A DNA stretch of 62,896 bases from Candidatus Eiseniibacteriota bacterium (GTDB taxonomy: Bacteria; Eisenbacteria; RBG-16-71-46; CAZEPH01): the NCBI GenBank assembly GCA_044229145.1, contig JBGATO010000017.1:1-62896 (forward strand), read 5' to 3'. Position numbers and translations under genes: made by a program. The notes below the pieces were generated by a model that was given only the letters and a program-made list of their open reading frames with translations, had not been told where the DNA came from and ran no database searches. Position 1 is the first letter of the stretch; the number at the start of each line of letters is the position of its first letter. Of the stretch, positions 22,664 to 32,595 are shown in pieces.

Positions 22664-24967
22664 CTACCGAGTAACCGACGGATTCGCACTGGAGCCGCTC
22701 TCATCCTGCGTCGCCCTGTGCGTGTCCCGGGACCGGTTCGCGGGCGGGACCGCCTGCGTCCGGCTCACGCCCCACTTCTTGTCGTTGAGGATCTCGTACA
22801 GCGCATTGGTCAAGAGCCCCGTCACGCCTTCCGCCTTGCAGTAGTAGAGCGGGAACGTGACGAAGTAGACCTGGTAGTGCCAGTTCTCGTTGGTCGACAG
22901 CGGACGGCGCTTGAACATCTGACCGATGTACCGGCCCTCCTGCGTCCCCCGCTGACTGCCGTACGGTCCACCGGTGGTCTTGACGGCGTACAGCGGCGCG
23001 ACGAAGTCGCCATCTTCGACAGCTGGCACCTGCGTCCACGCCTCGTAGTTGGTCGGCCCACCCGGACGGTTTCCGGTGGCCAACGCGATGTTGTACCAGC
23101 GATCAGCGTCGAACTCGAGCGTCGGGTACCCACCCAAGAAACCGTTCGCGCGCGCGTAGGCCGTGGGCAAGCCCGCCAGCAGACCTTCCGTTCCCGACGC
23201 ACCCGACGTCTGCAGCGTCGAGTACACGGGCGGCTGCACGTGCAAGTAGTCGACGGCGAAGTTGTGATCGCCAGGGATCAGCGATCCGGTGCTGGTGAGC
23301 GGATAGCTGTTCGTCGGACCGCTGTTCACGGACACCGACTGGCCGATCGGACGGAAGCCGTTGAGGATCAAATTCCCCCCCGACTCCAGGTAGATCGCCA
23401 GGACGTTCGCCTTGATCGGTCCCGCGCCCGGTACGACGGACACCATGTCGAAGTACTGGCCTTGACCACCGGCCGCCGACCCGGCATCCCACACCACGGT
23501 CCGATACCGCGCGAGGTCCGTGAGCTTCGGCTGGAAGAACGACAGCTCGTTGGGATCCGGATACGTGCTGAACAGGTCGATGCTAGGCGAGCGGCCCAAA
23601 TTGGTGAGCGCCTGCCCGATGACCTGACGCATGAAGCCTTGGTGTTCGGCGTCCGTCGGATTTCGCCCGTTGCCGGCCAGACGGTCTTCGTCCTTGCGGT
23701 CGTCGACGAACAACACGTCCTTGTCGAGCGGGAAATCGACCAGCGTGAGTCGAATCACCGCCGACGTGACGTTCCCGTTGGTGTCGCGCGCCTGGATGAT
23801 GATGTCGTGCAAGAACGCGGTGTGGTCGGAGAACTTGATTCCCGACACGCCGGACAGGCTCTTCGTCCAGCCGCTGCCCCAGCCCGGGTCCGCGTCGTTG
23901 CCGATGTCCAGCACGTCGACGCCCCAGCGGTATCCATCGACCTCGGCGCCATACTCCGACGCATCCGCCGCCCACACGAAGTCGATCGGCCGGTCGAACA
24001 CGAACTGCGACGAGTCGCGGCTGATGCCTTGCGCGGAGAACAGCCCCACGGCGACCGAGAACACGGTCATCGCGGGCCCCTGCAAGTTACCCTGCGCCTG
24101 GAAGAAGAACACGTTGCCGCCGGCACCGCCGTACGGGCCGAGGAAGCGTGGTTCGACCGCGCCGGCTTCGTCCACCGCTTGCACACCGAAGATCCAGTTC
24201 TTGCGCTGGCCGGGCGTCGCGAGGTCGTTGAAGGTGGTGTCCAGGCGCGTGGTGAAGAACGTCTGCGGGAAGTAGCCGCGCGACGCGCCCTTCCCGGTCA
24301 GGAAGTAATAGAGCGAGTCCTGGTTGCTCCACGCACCGGATTTGTTGCCGCCGCGCTCGACCTGGCTGTCGGTGTTGAGACGCGTGACGTAATAGCCCAC
24401 TGGACGCTTGGACTTTACCCCGTCTTCGTCGGAACCGGTCCACGCCAGGCGAATCGACGGGCCGCCGATCAGCGGCGAGTTGTAGCCGTCACCGTTCTTC
24501 ACACGCTCGGGGGCGGTGATGCGCGTCACCGGGGCGATCGTCTTGGCATTGAAGGTCACGAACGCCGGCTCGGACAGTGCGCCGAGGTTGTCGACTGCCT
24601 TGACGTAGAACGTGTGCCAGTCTGTGAACGTGGTGGAGTCGGCACGCGTCGAGGCGCGGAAGATCACCGCCTGCGTGTGTTCGGTCGTTCCGGTCCACGT
24701 GGTGTCCACGGTGTCGACCGTGTACAGGAAGCTGTCGACGGAACCGTCGGGGTCGTACGCACTCCAGCTGAACGGGACCGAGTAGAATTCGGTCGAATAC
24801 TGTACCGGCCCGCTCGTCAGCTGGATCACCGGCCGCGAATTCGGGCGCAGCACGCCGTCTTTGTTGCCCCCGCATCCCGCCAGGATTCCGGCCGCCAGTG
24901 TCGCGCCCGCGAAGAGCGCGCACGCGGTGGCGAGCGTCCGGCGCATATTGTCTGTGTGCAACACCAT
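22664..24967 (-). CDS. Large lipoprotein with repeated Ig-like modules
   Basis: GAGGAG RBS, lipobox LAGC, repeated W-x-x-x-D-x-DG...AVD-x-x-G modules, C-terminal alpha/beta domain. Start 24967 or 24946. Confidence 0.75.
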   Translation of the reverse strand: MVLHTDNMRRTLATACALFAGATLAAGILAGCGGNKDGVLRPNSRPVIQLTSGPVQYSTEFYSVPFSWSAYDPDGSVDSFLYTVDTVDTTWTGTTEHTQAVIFRASTRADSTTFTDWHTFYVKAVDNLGALSEPAFVTFNAKTIAPVTRITAPERVKNGDGYNSPLIGGPSIRLAWTGSDEDGVKSKRPVGYYVTRLNTDSQVERGGNKSGAWSNQDSLYYFLTGKGASRGYFPQTFFTTRLDTTFNDLATPGQRKNWIFGVQAVDEAGAVEPRFLGPYGGAGGNVFFFQAQGNLQGPAMTVFSVAVGLFSAQGISRDSSQFVFDRPIDFVWAADASEYGAEVDGYRWGVDVLDIGNDADPGWGSGWTKSLSGVSGIKFSDHTAFLHDIIIQARDTNGNVTSAVIRLTLVDFPLDKDVLFVDDRKDEDRLAGNGRNPTDAEHQGFMRQVIGQALTNLGRSPSIDLFSTYPDPNELSFFQPKLTDLARYRTVVWDAGSAAGGQGQYFDMVSVVPGAGPIKANVLAIYLESGGNLILNGFRPIGQSVSVNSGPTNSYPLTSTGSLIPGDHNFAVDYLHVQPPVYSTLQTSGASGTEGLLAGLPTAYARANGFLGGYPTLEFDADRWYNIALATGNRPGGPTNYEAWTQVPAVEDGDFVAPLYAVKTTGGPYGSQRGTQEGRYIGQMFKRRPLSTNENWHYQVYFVTFPLYYCKAEGVTGLLTNALYEILNDKKWGVSRTQAVPPANRSRDTHRATQDESGSSANPSVTR

Positions 24968-24984
24968 TCTCTCCTCGCCGCGCC

Positions 24985-26907
24985 TTACCGGGTGACGCTC
25001 ACGGTGAACGTCATGGGAGCGGCAAGCTCTCCGCGCCTGTATGCCTGCCATGCGGACCAGTTGCGCCCGAATTCCGCCTCGTTGTTGGCGTGGTCGCGCA
25101 ACGCGATGTCCAGGCGGTAGGTCGTGTTGTCGTTCAGGGTGGCGAAGGAGGTCCCCACCACGGTTCCACCGCTGTTGGTGGTGGTGTTCCACTGCGACGT
25201 GATCACGTCTCCCACGCCGTGGAAGCCGCCGTCGTTGGTTTCCTGCACCACCGCCCGCCGCGCGATCCAGTTGTTCGGCATCGGGCTCGGCGCGTCGGCG
25301 TCGCCGTCGGGTCCGAACACCACCCACAGCACGGGCGCGTCGGGCGTCAGCGCAATGACCGTCGAACCGGCCGACGTGAACACGCCCGACCCGTCGGCGT
25401 TCGCCCCGAAGTACTGCGGTTTGCTCGGGTTCGGTCCCGTCGCATCGCCCGCTTGCAGATAGGTGCCGGGGACGGAGTACCGCGGCGCGTGATTCACTTC
25501 GAACACCACGTTCGGGTAGTAGGTGTGGAAGCCATCCCACCGGTTGTTGAGGTCGCGCGCACGCACGCGCATCTGGTTCGTGCCCGAGTAGTCGGTGCCC
25601 ACCAGCTTGAGCGTATCGGTAAACGCGGCGAACTCGGCCGGCGTCGCCAACGCGACACTCGAGGAAGAGTTGAAGCCGAGAGAAAGTCCCTTGGCGATCG
25701 CCCACGCGTCGCCGAACGAGGGCGTGATCTTGTACGACTCGAAGATGGTCTGCGGCCCAATCGCCGGCTGCCACTCCTTGACCAGACCGCGGTCACCGCC
25801 GGCGCTGTCCGCCGACGTGAACGACAGGACGAGGGTCGAGTAGTCGGAGAGCGTGTCGGGCTTGCCCGCGCCGGTCACGATGTAGGGAACGCGCACCGGA
25901 ATCGGGCTCTGCACATCGCGTCCCGGCAGCGTGATGCCCGGCGTCGCGGTCGGCGGCGTGTAGGTGTACTGCCCGCCGATGTTCAGCGTCCGCGTGCCCG
26001 CCGCGCTCACTTCCTTCGCGCCCGTCAGGAATGTGACCGGGTCGAAGCCGACGACGAATTGTTCACCGCCGGCCGCGCTCAAGTCGCTCGTCGCGCCTGC
26101 CTCGTCGACAGCTTCCACCGAAAGAGTGTAGAGCCCATCGGGCAGGAAGCTCTGACACAGTGCACAGCTCTCCGGCGACACGCTCGTGTCCGGGAACTTC
26201 GCTTCGTGGCTGCCGCGGTCCGGCAAAGAGAACATCGGCCGGTCGAGGTGATACGAGAACGAAACCACGCGCCCGCCGGGGTCGCGGTCGGTTCCGTGCC
26301 AGCGCAGCCGGATGTCGGAGTTGTTCGGCATCGTGTCCTGATAGCCGACGACCGGCGTCAGGTGTCCGTTTCCGAGCGCAGGCGCGTCGGAGCTGTGGTC
26401 CTCGTTGCGGTACCGCATCACTTCCCGGTCGATGAACACTTGCGGCGCGAATCGATTGCGCGCGAGGAAGTACAGGAAGTGTCCGGTCAACAACGCCTGC
26501 TGGTCGATCTTCCCTTCGTTGTCGATGGCGGCCACATAGATGCGGTGAGCCAGCACCAGCGGGTCGTTGGCGGTGAAGGTGAAGAGGCTGTCGGTGCGCG
26601 TGGTGAACCGCGGGTCCGCCCGCAGGGTGTCGAGCTGGTCCTTCGGGTCGGGCGCGATGTGGTAGGTCTCGGGCACGTTCACCGAGTCGGTGATGGCCAC
26701 CAAGTACCCGGCAACGACACCGTCTGGGTCGGTTCCGCCCCAGTAGATGTGGAACTTGTATGGGCCCTCACTGCTGTCCGGCGGAGCGCCCGTCAACCAG
26801 GTAGTCGGAGGCTTGTTGCGGTCGACGGTGGATTCCACGGCCTTGCGACAGCCGACCGCGGACAGCACGAGCAACGAAAGAAGGACCAGGGACAGCCACC
26901 GGGCCAT
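24985..26907 (-). CDS. Lipoprotein paralogous to the downstream gene
   Basis: AAGGAG RBS, lipobox AVGC, YWGGTDPDG, VAAIDNEG, VEAVDEAG modules. Confidence 0.8.
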   Translation of the reverse strand: MARWLSLVLLSLLVLSAVGCRKAVESTVDRNKPPTTWLTGAPPDSSEGPYKFHIYWGGTDPDGVVAGYLVAITDSVNVPETYHIAPDPKDQLDTLRADPRFTTRTDSLFTFTANDPLVLAHRIYVAAIDNEGKIDQQALLTGHFLYFLARNRFAPQVFIDREVMRYRNEDHSSDAPALGNGHLTPVVGYQDTMPNNSDIRLRWHGTDRDPGGRVVSFSYHLDRPMFSLPDRGSHEAKFPDTSVSPESCALCQSFLPDGLYTLSVEAVDEAGATSDLSAAGGEQFVVGFDPVTFLTGAKEVSAAGTRTLNIGGQYTYTPPTATPGITLPGRDVQSPIPVRVPYIVTGAGKPDTLSDYSTLVLSFTSADSAGGDRGLVKEWQPAIGPQTIFESYKITPSFGDAWAIAKGLSLGFNSSSSVALATPAEFAAFTDTLKLVGTDYSGTNQMRVRARDLNNRWDGFHTYYPNVVFEVNHAPRYSVPGTYLQAGDATGPNPSKPQYFGANADGSGVFTSAGSTVIALTPDAPVLWVVFGPDGDADAPSPMPNNWIARRAVVQETNDGGFHGVGDVITSQWNTTTNSGGTVVGTSFATLNDNTTYRLDIALRDHANNEAEFGRNWSAWQAYRRGELAAPMTFTVSVTR

Positions 26908-26959
26908 CGAAACTCCTTTATTCCAAGATGGAGACTGTCTGAGCGGAATCGAGTCGCGA

Positions 26960-26989
26960 ACTGTAGCGACGCCCGTAAACCGCTGTCAA
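26960..26989 (-). promoter_or_regulatory. Sigma70-type promoter of the lipoprotein operon
   Basis: TTGACA-18 bp-TACAGT. Confidence 0.6.
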
Positions 26990-27151
26990 AGGATTCCTCC
27001 CCAGCCTGCGCGAACCACGTGCGCGGCGGGAGGATGAGGGCGTTTGCGGAGAGGGATACTGCGGGGATCGCCCCGACTCTAGCACACACCCCACGTCACG
27101 TCGAACGCCGCCGCGCGCGTGGCCCCTTCGCCCCGCGCGCGGCAGCACTCG

Positions 27152-28543
27152 CTACTGCTGCGGCGGCTGGCGGAAGTCCAGGTAGTAGACCTTCGAGCCG
27201 CTGTGATTGCTGCTGTCGCGATTCATCACCGCCAACGCGAACGGGTGCGTCTTCCCTGGCGCCAGGATGCGATCGGCGTCGAAACCGGTCGACAGCTTCC
27301 GCTTGAGCACCACGGTGTACGTGCCGTTCTCGTAGGTCGCGTTCCAGTTGTCGACGCGGAGGTCGCCGGCACTGCCGGTCGGGCGGTTGATGGTTCGGCG
27401 CGGGATGTTGATGAACGCGCGCAGCCGGGCGAGCAGTCCGCGCTGCTCGGCCACGGACAGGCTGCGGAAGTCGGGGTGCCCAGTGCTGTCCGGACGCGAC
27501 TGGTACCGCGCGAACTTGTCCAAGCTCCACGAGCGACCGACGGTGGTGAGGTCGTGGTTCGCCACGCCCTTGCCGTTCGCCTGGTGGCACGCGGCGCAGG
27601 CCTGGATGCCGGCCGTCGTGACGCCCTGTGTGTAGATGCTGTCGCCCAGCGTCACGCGGCCTTCGAGCGGCTGCGACGCCGTGGCCAGCACGTAGAGGGT
27701 GGAGTCCAACACGGTGCTGTCCTGCCCAAACGGGCGGTACACCATGTACTGATTGAGCTTCTTCACCACCGCCGCGCCACCGCCCGCCGCCAGGTTCGGC
27801 ACATCGCCCGGCGCGCTCGCGATGAACTTGTCGGTGTCCGGCGCCAGGGAGACGGTGCTCGAGGCGTACCAGTCTTCCGCGTAGGCGATCGGGTTGGTGC
27901 CGCCGGCCTTCCAGTACCACACGTCGGTTGCGCCGGTCGTCGGCTTCATCGGCGACGCGGTGTGGCAAGCGTACGCACAGCCGGTCGCGGTGAACGCGGT
28001 GTCCGCTTTCGCGTCGATCGGCCACATGATGGCGACCTTGTCGTCTGTTCCCCACTGGCTCCATCCGGCCGGTGCCATCGGGTCGGTGCTGCCCGGCGAT
28101 CCGAAGTGCCACGTTCCGCCGCCCGCGTCGTGGGAGTTGTCGGCCCACGAGATTTGCAGGTACAGGTACGAGTTGTCGAGGGTGGTGCCGGGCGTGTAGA
28201 TGGCCTTGACCTTCGCCGTGACGTTCTGCGGGGACACGGCGCCGTGCATCAGGAAGCTGTCATCGCCGATTCCCGCCGAGCCCATCGCGGCGTTCAACGG
28301 CACATCGAGTCCGTCGATCATGCTCCAGCACGAGGCGTCGGGCGATTCGCTCAGCATCGCGGCGTGAATCGTGTCGCCGTTCGCCCAGAACGCATGGTCG
28401 TTCGAGTCTGGGCAGACGGGCGGCGCCGTCTTGTTGGTGAAATCGTTGCAGCCCGCAGCGACAAGGGACGCGACGATGGTTGCGCCCGTTAGCACCGCAA
28501 CGGTTGGGAGGGGGAACACGGCGCGTCGAGGTGTCAGGGGCAT
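27152..28543 (-). CDS. Ethylbenzene-dehydrogenase-related (EB_dh/DOMON) heme lipoprotein with inserted cytochrome c domain
   Basis: Lipobox AAGC; DDKVAIMW, GCAYACH, DVWYWKA, TVVLKRKL, FALAV motifs; internal CAACH. Confidence 0.8.
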   Translation of the reverse strand: MPLTPRRAVFPLPTVAVLTGATIVASLVAAGCNDFTNKTAPPVCPDSNDHAFWANGDTIHAAMLSESPDASCWSMIDGLDVPLNAAMGSAGIGDDSFLMHGAVSPQNVTAKVKAIYTPGTTLDNSYLYLQISWADNSHDAGGGTWHFGSPGSTDPMAPAGWSQWGTDDKVAIMWPIDAKADTAFTATGCAYACHTASPMKPTTGATDVWYWKAGGTNPIAYAEDWYASSTVSLAPDTDKFIASAPGDVPNLAAGGGAAVVKKLNQYMVYRPFGQDSTVLDSTLYVLATASQPLEGRVTLGDSIYTQGVTTAGIQACAACHQANGKGVANHDLTTVGRSWSLDKFARYQSRPDSTGHPDFRSLSVAEQRGLLARLRAFINIPRRTINRPTGSAGDLRVDNWNATYENGTYTVVLKRKLSTGFDADRILAPGKTHPFALAVMNRDSSNHSGSKVYYLDFRQPPQQ

Positions 28544-28709
28544 GCACCCTCCGGGTCTCGAAATTCTAGGCCACGCGATCACGAGCGCGATGGCGTGTCG
28601 TCATGCGGTTTCAGCGGGGCAAACTTGCTCGAGGCATCTCGATCCCAACGCCACGGGGGATGTGCAGCCTTGGGAAGCGCCGCCGCTACACGCAGCAACA
28701 AGGTGAGGC

Positions 28710-28737
28710 ATGCTAACACACACGGGATCACTGTCAA
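28710..28737 (-). promoter_or_regulatory. Sigma70-type promoter of the heme lipoprotein gene
   Basis: TTGACA-16 bp-TAGCAT with extended TG. Confidence 0.55.
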
Positions 28738-28781
28738 GCGGATGCACGGAGGAAAGTTCTGCATCGCGACGGGAAACAACG

Positions 28782-28811
28782 AGGGGGAGAAGCCCGAAGG
28801 CCTCTCCCCCT
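28782..28811 (-). terminator. Intrinsic terminator after the 1082-aa gene
   Basis: AGGGGGAGAGGCC-TTCG-GGCTTCTCCCCCT hairpin followed by GTTGTTT; a second hairpin lies at 28871-28901. Confidence 0.7.
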
Positions 28812-28916
28812 GTCGCCATCTCTCCTCGGCGTCACACGAGCGTTGCCACTCGCATCACGCGTCGGATGTCGGGTCACGTACTCCGGAAGGAGACGTGACC
28901 CGACCGGATCCGGTGC

Positions 28917-31900
28917 TTAGTTGACGAGGATGATCTTCTTCGCCGACTTGAAGCCACCCGCCGTGATCTGGTAGAAGTACACACCGCCCTTGAGGCCAGC
29001 GGCGTTCCAGGTCACGCTGTTCGCACCCGCCGGACGGGCCTCGTCGAGGACCGTGCTGACGAGACGACCCGACGCGTCGTACACGCGCACCGCCACCTTG
29101 CCAGCCGACGCCAACGAGAAGTTGATCGTCGCCTGACCACCGGTGACCGGGCCACGCGGGGCCGCCAACGAGTTCTCGGCGACCTGCGGGTTCTGCGAGA
29201 TGCCCACCAGGTCGAGGTTCGCGAAGCAACCGGTGAAGCAGGTGCCAAGCGCCTTCGCGGCCCAGTTGGTGACGTTCACGTTGTCGTTCACGCCACCGTA
29301 CACCACGCCCGACTGACGGAGCTGGTCCATCGACCAGGCGTCGAGCTGGGTGCGGAAGTTGAAGCCACCGGTGTTCGCAACCTGCTGCACGCTCGCGTAC
29401 CAGGTGCCCGTGGCGTCCGGGTACTTGAAGTTCTCAGCGTTCGTGCCGTAGAGGCCCGAGCCGGTGTACTTGTTGATGTAGTTGTACGAACGGCGCTGCG
29501 GGCACCAGTTGCCACGCAGAGCGTAGTTCTGACCGGTCGTGCAGTCCGGGCCCAAGCCGGTGAGGTTGATGCCCCACGCGGTGTTCTTGTCGCGGTACTG
29601 CGGACCCGCGTACGACGCACCCAGGACGGTGTTGAGGAACGTGAGACGGTTGCCCGTCGCGTTCAAGAACCGGGCGTTGCCGTCACCGTTCACCCACAGG
29701 TACTTGCCCGTGGTGGTGGTGACGAGCCAGTCCTGGAGGAGGCCGATCGCGTTACCAGCGTCCGCACCGCTCGCAGTCGAACCACGCGAGAAGTTGGTGC
29801 TGTTCAGCGAACCGGTCTGCCAGAGGATGGCCGAGTACACTTCGTTGACGAGCGACGGCAGCGGACCCGGAGCGTGACCGTTCGGGTAGTTGGCCGGGGT
29901 GTAACGCGAACCCAGGTCGTTACCCATCGACGACGTCGAGGCACGCACGTCGTAGCGGTCCCACGCGATCTGCAGGTTGCGGAACGCGTTCTCGATCGAG
30001 TACTGCGGACCACGCTGGTCGGTCTTGTCCACGTACAGGAAGCAGTGCGCCGGCTGGGCCGAGGCACAGTTACCCGGCGTGGTGGTGCCCGGGGTCACGT
30101 CCTGCGTCGTCAGCGGCAGCACCTGGTAGAGCTCACAGAAGGTGCCGGTGGCCGAGTACGGGGTGCCCCACTTCTGGTTCCCGACCTGGTTGTTGACGCG
30201 GTCACCATCCCCGTTGCCGTACTTCAGGTTCGGCTGGTAGTAGTCACCGTTCGTCTTGACCGGGATGTAGGTCGTGTGGACGAGCCACTCCACCTTGGTG
30301 CCCGGGGTGAACAGGTCATCCGGGAAGATGTTGATGCCCTGCGCGCCCCCGGTGTAGCCCGACCAGTTACCGTACGCCGCGTACGTGGTACCGGCGGCCG
30401 GCGTGGACTCGTTGAAGCGGCTCATGAAGGTGCCGAAGCCGGCCGACGCCGAGTTGGCGCCCGTCGACGTCCGCGCCGTGTCCGCACGCGCCACCGCGAA
30501 GCCCGCGAGTTCGCCCGAGGCGATCTTCGGCTGCGCCAGGTAGGCCACCCACCACGGGTGCGTGGTGTTCAGACACGGGCCCGGCGTAACACGGAAGATG
30601 TAGTCCACCTCGGTCTTCTGGTCGCTGTTGCACGAGAGCGCGACCGAGCAGACCGTCGAGTCACCGAGACGCGTGCGGCTGCGGCCCGGGGTGTAGTTGT
30701 TGAGACCCGCGTCAGCGTAGGCAGCGGTGCTCTTCGCCGTGGCGAAGGTGGCCGCGTCCGGGTACGCCGTCTGCAAGAAGTCCCACGGCCCCATCACGAC
30801 TGCGGGCGCCGACACCTTGGCGGCACGCAGCGAGACGTTGTCGAAGTACGGCGACTGGTTGCCACCCGGCACCGAGACGTAGATCGGGTAGTTGATGACA
30901 CCGACCGCCATCTGGAGCTTGTTGGCGTGACCCGGCACCTTGGCCGAGACGTTGAACTGCAGAGCGGTCGAACAGACCGGCACACCACCACCGTAGTAGA
31001 TGGTGTTCTCGTCCAACCAGCCCGACCAGTCGTTCGGGTCCTGGCACGAACAGTCGGCGATTTCCACCGGCGAGTAGCGCACGTGCCAGAAGTAGAAGTT
31101 GCCGTTCTGCAGCGGCAGGTTCGCGTACACGTCGAACTGCATGACGTACGAACCGACCGGGTACGAGCCATTCTGCGTCAGGTTGATCACCGGCGACTGA
31201 ATGAGCTCGTTCTGGTTCACGGCGTGGAAGTTCGGGTCGCCCGCGTCGTAGATCGTGACGCAGTTGCCGACGATACCGCAGAACGTCGGACACGGGTCCG
31301 AGTTCGGCAGACCGGCAGCCGACTCCAACTTCGCGAACGAACCGACGCCCGACACGCGGCCGAAGGTCCAGCCACCGTTGCTGGACTCGAAGTCCGCCAC
31401 GGTTTCCGCACCGACCGCGAGGTCGTCGATCTCGAACATACCGTCGCTCGAGTTGTAGTTGCAGTCACCGTCCGAGTACCCACCGTCGGCCTGCGACAGG
31501 AAGTACACGGTCACCGCGTTGCCGGCGTACGCCGACAGGTCGAGGCTCTCGGTGCCCTCGAGGAACGAGGTGTACGAGGTGAGGGTGTCACCGGCGTTGA
31601 ACGTCGGGAGCTTCCACGAACCGTCGCCCTGGAGAACCGGCGCGCCGGCGGTCGAGACGATCACGTACGTGAAGTCGTAACCCGGCTCAGAGTCCGCACG
31701 GTACTTGAAGGTGAGGAAGTCACCGGCGGTCACGGACCCGTACGACTTGAACATCACCTGGTTGGTGTTGTTGTCGTAACCCGGGAAACACGCCTTCGTA
31801 CCGCAAGCGTTCTGACCCAGGCTTCCGGTCCACGCCACCTTACCGCTGAAGCCACCACCGCCCGTGAACGCGTTACCCACGCTGCCGGGGATGGAGCCAA

Positions 31901-32165
31901 GCGAAACGGCGCTGCCAAGCGTAGTAGCGTTGACCGTCAGGTCGACAGCCGACCAGCCCGACCAACCAGTTTCGAAGTCATACGGACCCCAGACGAAGGT
32001 GTCCGACGAGGTCGACGTCACCAGACCCGGGTTGGCCTGCACAGCCGCAGGCTTCTCCACGATGTCAGCGCCCTGCAGAACGCGCGGGAGCTGGGTCTTG
32101 GCGAACGCCGCCGTCGAGCCCACCAATGCAGCCAGGGTGAGACTGATGACGAACGTCTTCTTCAT
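28917..32165 (-). CDS. Large secreted Cys/Gly/Thr-rich surface protein with T9SS/FlgD-like C-terminal domain (S-layer candidate)
   Basis: GGAGG RBS, signal peptide AFA/K, C-terminal VRVYDASGRLVSTV...WNAAGLKGGVYFYQI...KKIILVN; many GGT/CGT/AAC codons. Confidence 0.8.
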   Translation of the reverse strand: MKKTFVISLTLAALVGSTAAFAKTQLPRVLQGADIVEKPAAVQANPGLVTSTSSDTFVWGPYDFETGWSGWSAVDLTVNATTLGSAVSLGSIPGSVGNAFTGGGGFSGKVAWTGSLGQNACGTKACFPGYDNNTNQVMFKSYGSVTAGDFLTFKYRADSEPGYDFTYVIVSTAGAPVLQGDGSWKLPTFNAGDTLTSYTSFLEGTESLDLSAYAGNAVTVYFLSQADGGYSDGDCNYNSSDGMFEIDDLAVGAETVADFESSNGGWTFGRVSGVGSFAKLESAAGLPNSDPCPTFCGIVGNCVTIYDAGDPNFHAVNQNELIQSPVINLTQNGSYPVGSYVMQFDVYANLPLQNGNFYFWHVRYSPVEIADCSCQDPNDWSGWLDENTIYYGGGVPVCSTALQFNVSAKVPGHANKLQMAVGVINYPIYVSVPGGNQSPYFDNVSLRAAKVSAPAVVMGPWDFLQTAYPDAATFATAKSTAAYADAGLNNYTPGRSRTRLGDSTVCSVALSCNSDQKTEVDYIFRVTPGPCLNTTHPWWVAYLAQPKIASGELAGFAVARADTARTSTGANSASAGFGTFMSRFNESTPAAGTTYAAYGNWSGYTGGAQGINIFPDDLFTPGTKVEWLVHTTYIPVKTNGDYYQPNLKYGNGDGDRVNNQVGNQKWGTPYSATGTFCELYQVLPLTTQDVTPGTTTPGNCASAQPAHCFLYVDKTDQRGPQYSIENAFRNLQIAWDRYDVRASTSSMGNDLGSRYTPANYPNGHAPGPLPSLVNEVYSAILWQTGSLNSTNFSRGSTASGADAGNAIGLLQDWLVTTTTGKYLWVNGDGNARFLNATGNRLTFLNTVLGASYAGPQYRDKNTAWGINLTGLGPDCTTGQNYALRGNWCPQRRSYNYINKYTGSGLYGTNAENFKYPDATGTWYASVQQVANTGGFNFRTQLDAWSMDQLRQSGVVYGGVNDNVNVTNWAAKALGTCFTGCFANLDLVGISQNPQVAENSLAAPRGPVTGGQATINFSLASAGKVAVRVYDASGRLVSTVLDEARPAGANSVTWNAAGLKGGVYFYQITAGGFKSAKKIILVN

Positions 32166-32565
32166 TGAGCGATACCTCCGTCGTTGCTGCTCGCAAACGA
32201 TGCGGTAACCGACTACCGAGGATGTTGGGCAAAGCGATTGCCGACGCCCTCATGTAGGTGACCGAAGACTCGCCCGTCAGCCTGGCGAACAGACGCTTCG
32301 GCCTGCTTTTTCCGGGGCACTCCTTCCGTGCGCAACTCTGCCGGGGGGAGCACCGTCGAAAACCCACACGATTGAGAATGTTCCGGACCGTATCCGGGAA
32401 GATGCCGGGCCGGACTCCCACACGCAGGATTCATCGTTCGAGTGACATGCGACACCAGCTGCCTGACGCCCTAGGATGCAAACCACGGTGAGAGAAGTAT
32501 TTACAGCACGACTGCGGTGAGACGGAGAGAGAACGCCACACCAGTGCGTTCCCCCAGTTCCTGAG

Positions 32566-32595
32566 ATGCTAGCACACCGATTTCGCAAGTGTCAA
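32566..32595 (-). promoter_or_regulatory. Sigma70-type promoter ~400 nt upstream of the 1082-aa gene
   Basis: TTGACA-18 bp-TAGCAT with extended TG. Confidence 0.65.

Noticed and set aside
24968..25774. N-terminal extension of the 1036-aa ORF
   Set aside because: It overlaps the upstream lipoprotein gene; the RBS and lipoprotein signal are at 24967/24946.
32166..32560. Known riboswitch (e.g. c-di-GMP-I, cobalamin, TPP) in the long leader
   Set aside because: I could not find the consensus cores on the coding strand by eye; an Rfam scan is needed.
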